This document shows positions 60,544 through 64,000 of a stretch of 64,000 nucleotides of DNA, one piece after another. Source of the DNA: a candidate division WOR-3 bacterium (GTDB lineage Bacteria; Hydrothermota; UBA3073); contig JAGMCL010000111.1 in NCBI GenBank assembly GCA_023129165.1, positions 201 to 64,200 of the forward strand, written 5' to 3'. The notes under the pieces are model-generated. The model saw only the letters and a program-made list of their open reading frames with translations, was not told the origin of the DNA and did no database searches. Positions within the stretch are counted from its first letter, which is position 1; the number at the start of each line of letters is the position of its first letter. Both the position numbers and the translations under genes were made by a program.

Positions 60544-62091
60544 ATGGTTCTTCTAAGACCCGAAGATTTAAAGAAGATACTGTCTCTTATGAGACTGACA
60601 TTGAAAGAGAATGAAGATTACCTCAACAGTCTGAATGTATTTCCTGTTCCTGATGGAGATACTGGAACCAATATGTACTCAACTGTAAGAAGTGGATTAC
60701 AAGCAGTTAATAGTGCAAGAAACAGTTCACTTCAGGAAATACTTAGTGTTTTTGTTAGAGAGACTGTTATGGGAGCAAGAGGAAATTCTGGAGTTATACT
60801 TGCTCAGTATTTAGCAGGGGTAAGGGATATACTCGAAAAATCCGATTATCTATCTTTTTCTACTGTATCAGATATATTTGACCATGCGACTGAAGAGGCA
60901 ATAAATGCAATAGGTGACCCTGTTGAAGGTACTATACTAACTGTTATGGAGGATGTAAGGGATGCTGTAAAAGACCGCACCTTTGACAGTATTAAGGAAT
61001 TGTCTGAATTCATTGTGGAGGTAGCAAATAAATCCCTCAAGAGAACTCCAGATTTATTGCCAATTCTTAAAGAGGCAGGTGTAGTTGATGCTGGAGGACA
61101 GGGGTTTTGTCTTGTATTAGAGGCTATAGATGCATATCTTACGGGTAAAAAGACCAAGATACTGGAAGCAGAAGTAGACAAAACAGCAGATGTTTGGCAC
61201 GAAAAATCCTTCTACAGATTTTGTATAAATGTAACAATGAATCCGCCTGTATTAGATGTAAAGGAAAAACTGAAGGGTCTGGGAGATAGCCTTGTAGTTG
61301 GTCGCGAAAAAGAGCTTGTAAAGGTTCATATTCATTCCAATAATCCCCCGCTCGTTCTTGAAAGATGTAAAAAGATGGGTAATATCATAAGGGTGCAGAT
61401 AAACGATATGGATAAAGAGCAGAGGATGTTCCTTGGTGAGGATATAGATGGATTATCCGTTATTGCATACGGTGAAGGGGAGGGGATTAAGGATATTCTA
61501 AAAAGTATGGGTGTATCGGTTGTGCTTGCAGACGTAAAAAGCCCCAGTATAGGTGAAATCGTTGAAGCAGTGGAGAAAAATGGTAAAAAGGCTATCATAC
61601 TTCCAAATGACCATAATATTATACCTGCGGCCAAGAAGGCAAAACAACTCTCCAATATTGAATGTGAGGTTATAGAAACCAGATCAGTTCCAGAAGGTCT
61701 CGCTGCATTGCTTTCTTTCAGGGAGGATGGAGATCTTGATGAGGTAATAAATGATATGAAGAATGCGATTAAGAATATAATATGTAGTGAGATAAAATGG
61801 GCTGTGAGGGATGTGAAGATTGGTGGTATTACGATAAAAAAGGGTAATGCAATTTGCGTGAAGAATAAAAAACTTATTTCTGTCTCTGGTGACCCTATAA
61901 ACTGTCTTTTAGAATCAATATCCAAGTTAATAGAGGAACACAGTCTCATTACAGTATATTATGGAAAAGTCCTTGAAAAACAAGCCTTTGAAAATCTTTT
62001 AAATCAGATTAAGAAAAAATTCCCATCTGTAGAAGTTCAGTTATATTTTGGTGGTATGGCAAACTCATACTATATGTTTTCCCTTGAGTAA
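60544..62091 (+). CDS. DAK2-domain fatty acid kinase subunit A (FakA/YloV-like)
   Basis: LNVFPVPDGDTGTNM, GARGNSGVI, EGTILTV, VVDAGG and KVHIH. Confidence 0.93.
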   Translation: MVLLRPEDLKKILSLMRLTLKENEDYLNSLNVFPVPDGDTGTNMYSTVRSGLQAVNSARNSSLQEILSVFVRETVMGARGNSGVILAQYLAGVRDILEKSDYLSFSTVSDIFDHATEEAINAIGDPVEGTILTVMEDVRDAVKDRTFDSIKELSEFIVEVANKSLKRTPDLLPILKEAGVVDAGGQGFCLVLEAIDAYLTGKKTKILEAEVDKTADVWHEKSFYRFCINVTMNPPVLDVKEKLKGLGDSLVVGREKELVKVHIHSNNPPLVLERCKKMGNIIRVQINDMDKEQRMFLGEDIDGLSVIAYGEGEGIKDILKSMGVSVVLADVKSPSIGEIVEAVEKNGKKAIILPNDHNIIPAAKKAKQLSNIECEVIETRSVPEGLAALLSFREDGDLDEVINDMKNAIKNIICSEIKWAVRDVKIGGITIKKGNAICVKNKKLISVSGDPINCLLESISKLIEEHSLITVYYGKVLEKQAFENLLNQIKKKFPSVEVQLYFGGMANSYYMFSLE

Positions 62092-62397
62092 TATTTTCCT
62101 TGAATCTAATTATATGATCACCCACCATTCTAACTCCTTAATATTTACTAACTTAAGCTTGCCTTGTAATTCATATTTAGATTTTGGTGATACAAAAACA
62201 CTCTATTGATTTTTATTCAACTTGTATTCTTGATTGCAGATACACATTATTATCATTGCACTCTATAAATGATTATTGTAGATACACTACCTACCATCAG
62301 GCAAGTTATCCTTGCGAAAAGAGAGAAGGTAAGATCGCAAACTGCTCTTTGTCGCATACTCTGTGAGTGGTTAGTTTTTTGGCAATACTAAATCTTA

Positions 62398-62627
62398 GAT
62401 ACTATGAAAAATAATATGAAAGAATATGAAAGCGAAAATGTAGGGGTTCGATTTATCGAACCCGTAAAAGAAACTGGTCGGATACACGTCTGCCCTGCCT
62501 ACCGGCAGGCAGGCGTCGGGCAGGAATACGACCCGTACAAGAATTAGGGGAAGGCAAGTAAAAAATTGATAATTATCTTAAAAACTGTAGGTTATGAGAA
62601 GTTAGTTGAGATATTTTTGGCAATACT
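62398..62627 (+). mobile_element. REP-carrying MITE, copy E
   Basis: Ends GATACTATGAAAAATA and TATTTTTGGCAATACT; flanks AAATCTTA and AAACCTTA (8 bp, 1 mismatch); nested 20-mers at 62485-62524. Confidence 0.85.
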
Positions 62628-62649
62628 AAACCTTAAACAAGAAGAAAAA

Positions 62650-63579
62650 ATGAATAGAATCCTGGTATTTCTAACTATATTAATTATTGCAGGATGCTCG
62701 ACTAAAAAAGATGTGAAACCATTGGCTGATTTTGATGCACTCTGGGATTACAATAATCCTGAGCAGACTGAAATCAAATTTCGGGAATTGATATCTATAG
62801 CAAAACAATCAGGTAACCTATCTTATTATGCCCAATTGTTGACACAAATAGCAAGGACACAAGGATTGCAGTATAAGTATGAGGATGCTCATCAAACACT
62901 TGATAGTGTTGAAACCATATTAACGGATGATTTAATTCTTGCAAGAATAAGATTTCTTCTTGAAAGAGGAAGGGTGTATAATTCTTCAAATTACCCGGAT
63001 AAAGCTAAAACACTCTTTTTAGAAGCATGGAAAATCGCAGATGCGAATAAAAAAGACTTCTATGCAATTGATGCAATACATATGTTGCAAATTGTTGAAC
63101 CACCAGAAAAACAGATAGAGTGGGCTAATAAAGCAATAGAACTGGCTGAAAAATCGACTGACCAGCGAGCAAAAAATTGGTTAGGTCCTTTGTACAACAA
63201 TACTGGTTGGACCTATCACGATTTGAAAGAATATGATAAGGCATTAGAGATATTTAAAAAGTTATTAAAATTGCGAGAGGAGAGTAATAATGTATATTCT
63301 ATAATAATCGCTAAATGGTGTATTGCAAGAACTTATCGATCACTCGGCAGAATAGATGAAGCCCTTGATATCCAGAGTGCATTAGAAAAAGAAATTGAAG
63401 AAGGGTTTGAACCCGATGGTTATGTGTTTGAGGAATTAGGGGAGTGTTTATTGTTATTGGGAGAAAAGGAAGAAGCACAAAAATATTTCAAACTTGCATA
63501 CGATATACTTTCAAAAGACGAGTGGTTAGTAAGAAATGAACATGAAAGATTGGAAAGATTAAAAGAGCTTGGAAAGTGA
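62650..63579 (+). CDS. TPR-repeat lipoprotein
   Basis: Lipobox IAGC and TPR helices; the ORF-track start (62566) lies inside the MITE. Confidence 0.85.
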   Translation: MNRILVFLTILIIAGCSTKKDVKPLADFDALWDYNNPEQTEIKFRELISIAKQSGNLSYYAQLLTQIARTQGLQYKYEDAHQTLDSVETILTDDLILARIRFLLERGRVYNSSNYPDKAKTLFLEAWKIADANKKDFYAIDAIHMLQIVEPPEKQIEWANKAIELAEKSTDQRAKNWLGPLYNNTGWTYHDLKEYDKALEIFKKLLKLREESNNVYSIIIAKWCIARTYRSLGRIDEALDIQSALEKEIEEGFEPDGYVFEELGECLLLLGEKEEAQKYFKLAYDILSKDEWLVRNEHERLERLKELGK

Positions 63580-63641
63580 AGGTAATAATTGTTTATATGG
63601 TTGAGTATCGATTGAAAATTTAAAATCCTGAAGGAGGAGAG

Positions 63642-63935
63642 GTGGATAATAAGAAAAAGAAAGAGAAACGCACCTGGACTGAGGAAATAGAAATTGCTGG
63701 AAGTGAACTTGTGGAACGTGTAAAAGAATTGATTAAAGAGGGTAATGTTCGTAGGTTAATTATTAGAAAATCAAGCGGTGAGATTTTGGTTGAAATACCA
63801 CTAACTGCAGGTGTAGTAGTTGGCAGTGTGGTGACATTTTTCTCGCCGATACTGGTAGCATTGGGTGCAATGGCAGCGCTGCTTGCAAAGGTTAGGATTC
63901 AGATCGTCCGTACAGAAGATGATGAAGAAAAATAA
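63642..63935 (+). CDS. DUF4342 domain protein
   Basis: VKELIKEGNVRRL and EIPLTAG; SD GGAGG. Confidence 0.88.
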   Translation: MDNKKKKEKRTWTEEIEIAGSELVERVKELIKEGNVRRLIIRKSSGEILVEIPLTAGVVVGSVVTFFSPILVALGAMAALLAKVRIQIVRTEDDEEK

Positions 63936-64000
63936 CTAATTGAAGTGATGCAGATTTATTATAATTATAGAGTACTATAATAGAGGAGGTCGAAAATGGA

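Noticed and set aside
62566-62649. N-terminal extension of the TPR lipoprotein
   Set aside because: It lies in MITE copy E; the signal peptide starts at 62650.

Overview
AT-rich bacterial chromosome segment. It is most consistent with an anaerobic, non-Bacteroidota FCB-group lineage such as WOR-3/TA06. This is an inference from eight secreted proteins with T9SS/FlgD-like C-terminal sorting domains, a PorV/PorQ-like barrel, a tungsten aldehyde oxidoreductase and canonical TTGACA-17-TATAAT promoters. Housekeeping genes (trpS, gyrB, thiE, maf, rnfG, mobB, hom, thrB, dapA, rpsT, ino1, tmk, smc, DAK2) alternate with T9SS cargo genes. No rRNA, tRNA or CRISPR array was found. The most striking content is a nested set of very small mobile DNAs. 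(1) A family of 20-33 bp CCTG-headed hairpin micro-elements is inserted precisely into REPs, into each other and in tandem. (2) Five copies of a MITE with GGnnnTG terminal inverted repeats and 8-9 bp target duplications carry GTAG-type REPs, and two copies keep the 3' end of a REP-associated tyrosine transposase. (3) A full-length Y1/RAYT-HTH transposase gene is bounded by 28-bp GGGGTCA-type inverted repeats, and a gene-less element with the same end type lies 8 kb away. (4) Palindromes and short-period repeats sit in frame inside T9SS sorting domains. (5) A probable solitary integron cassette is present. All family assignments come from motif recognition by eye; no database search was run.
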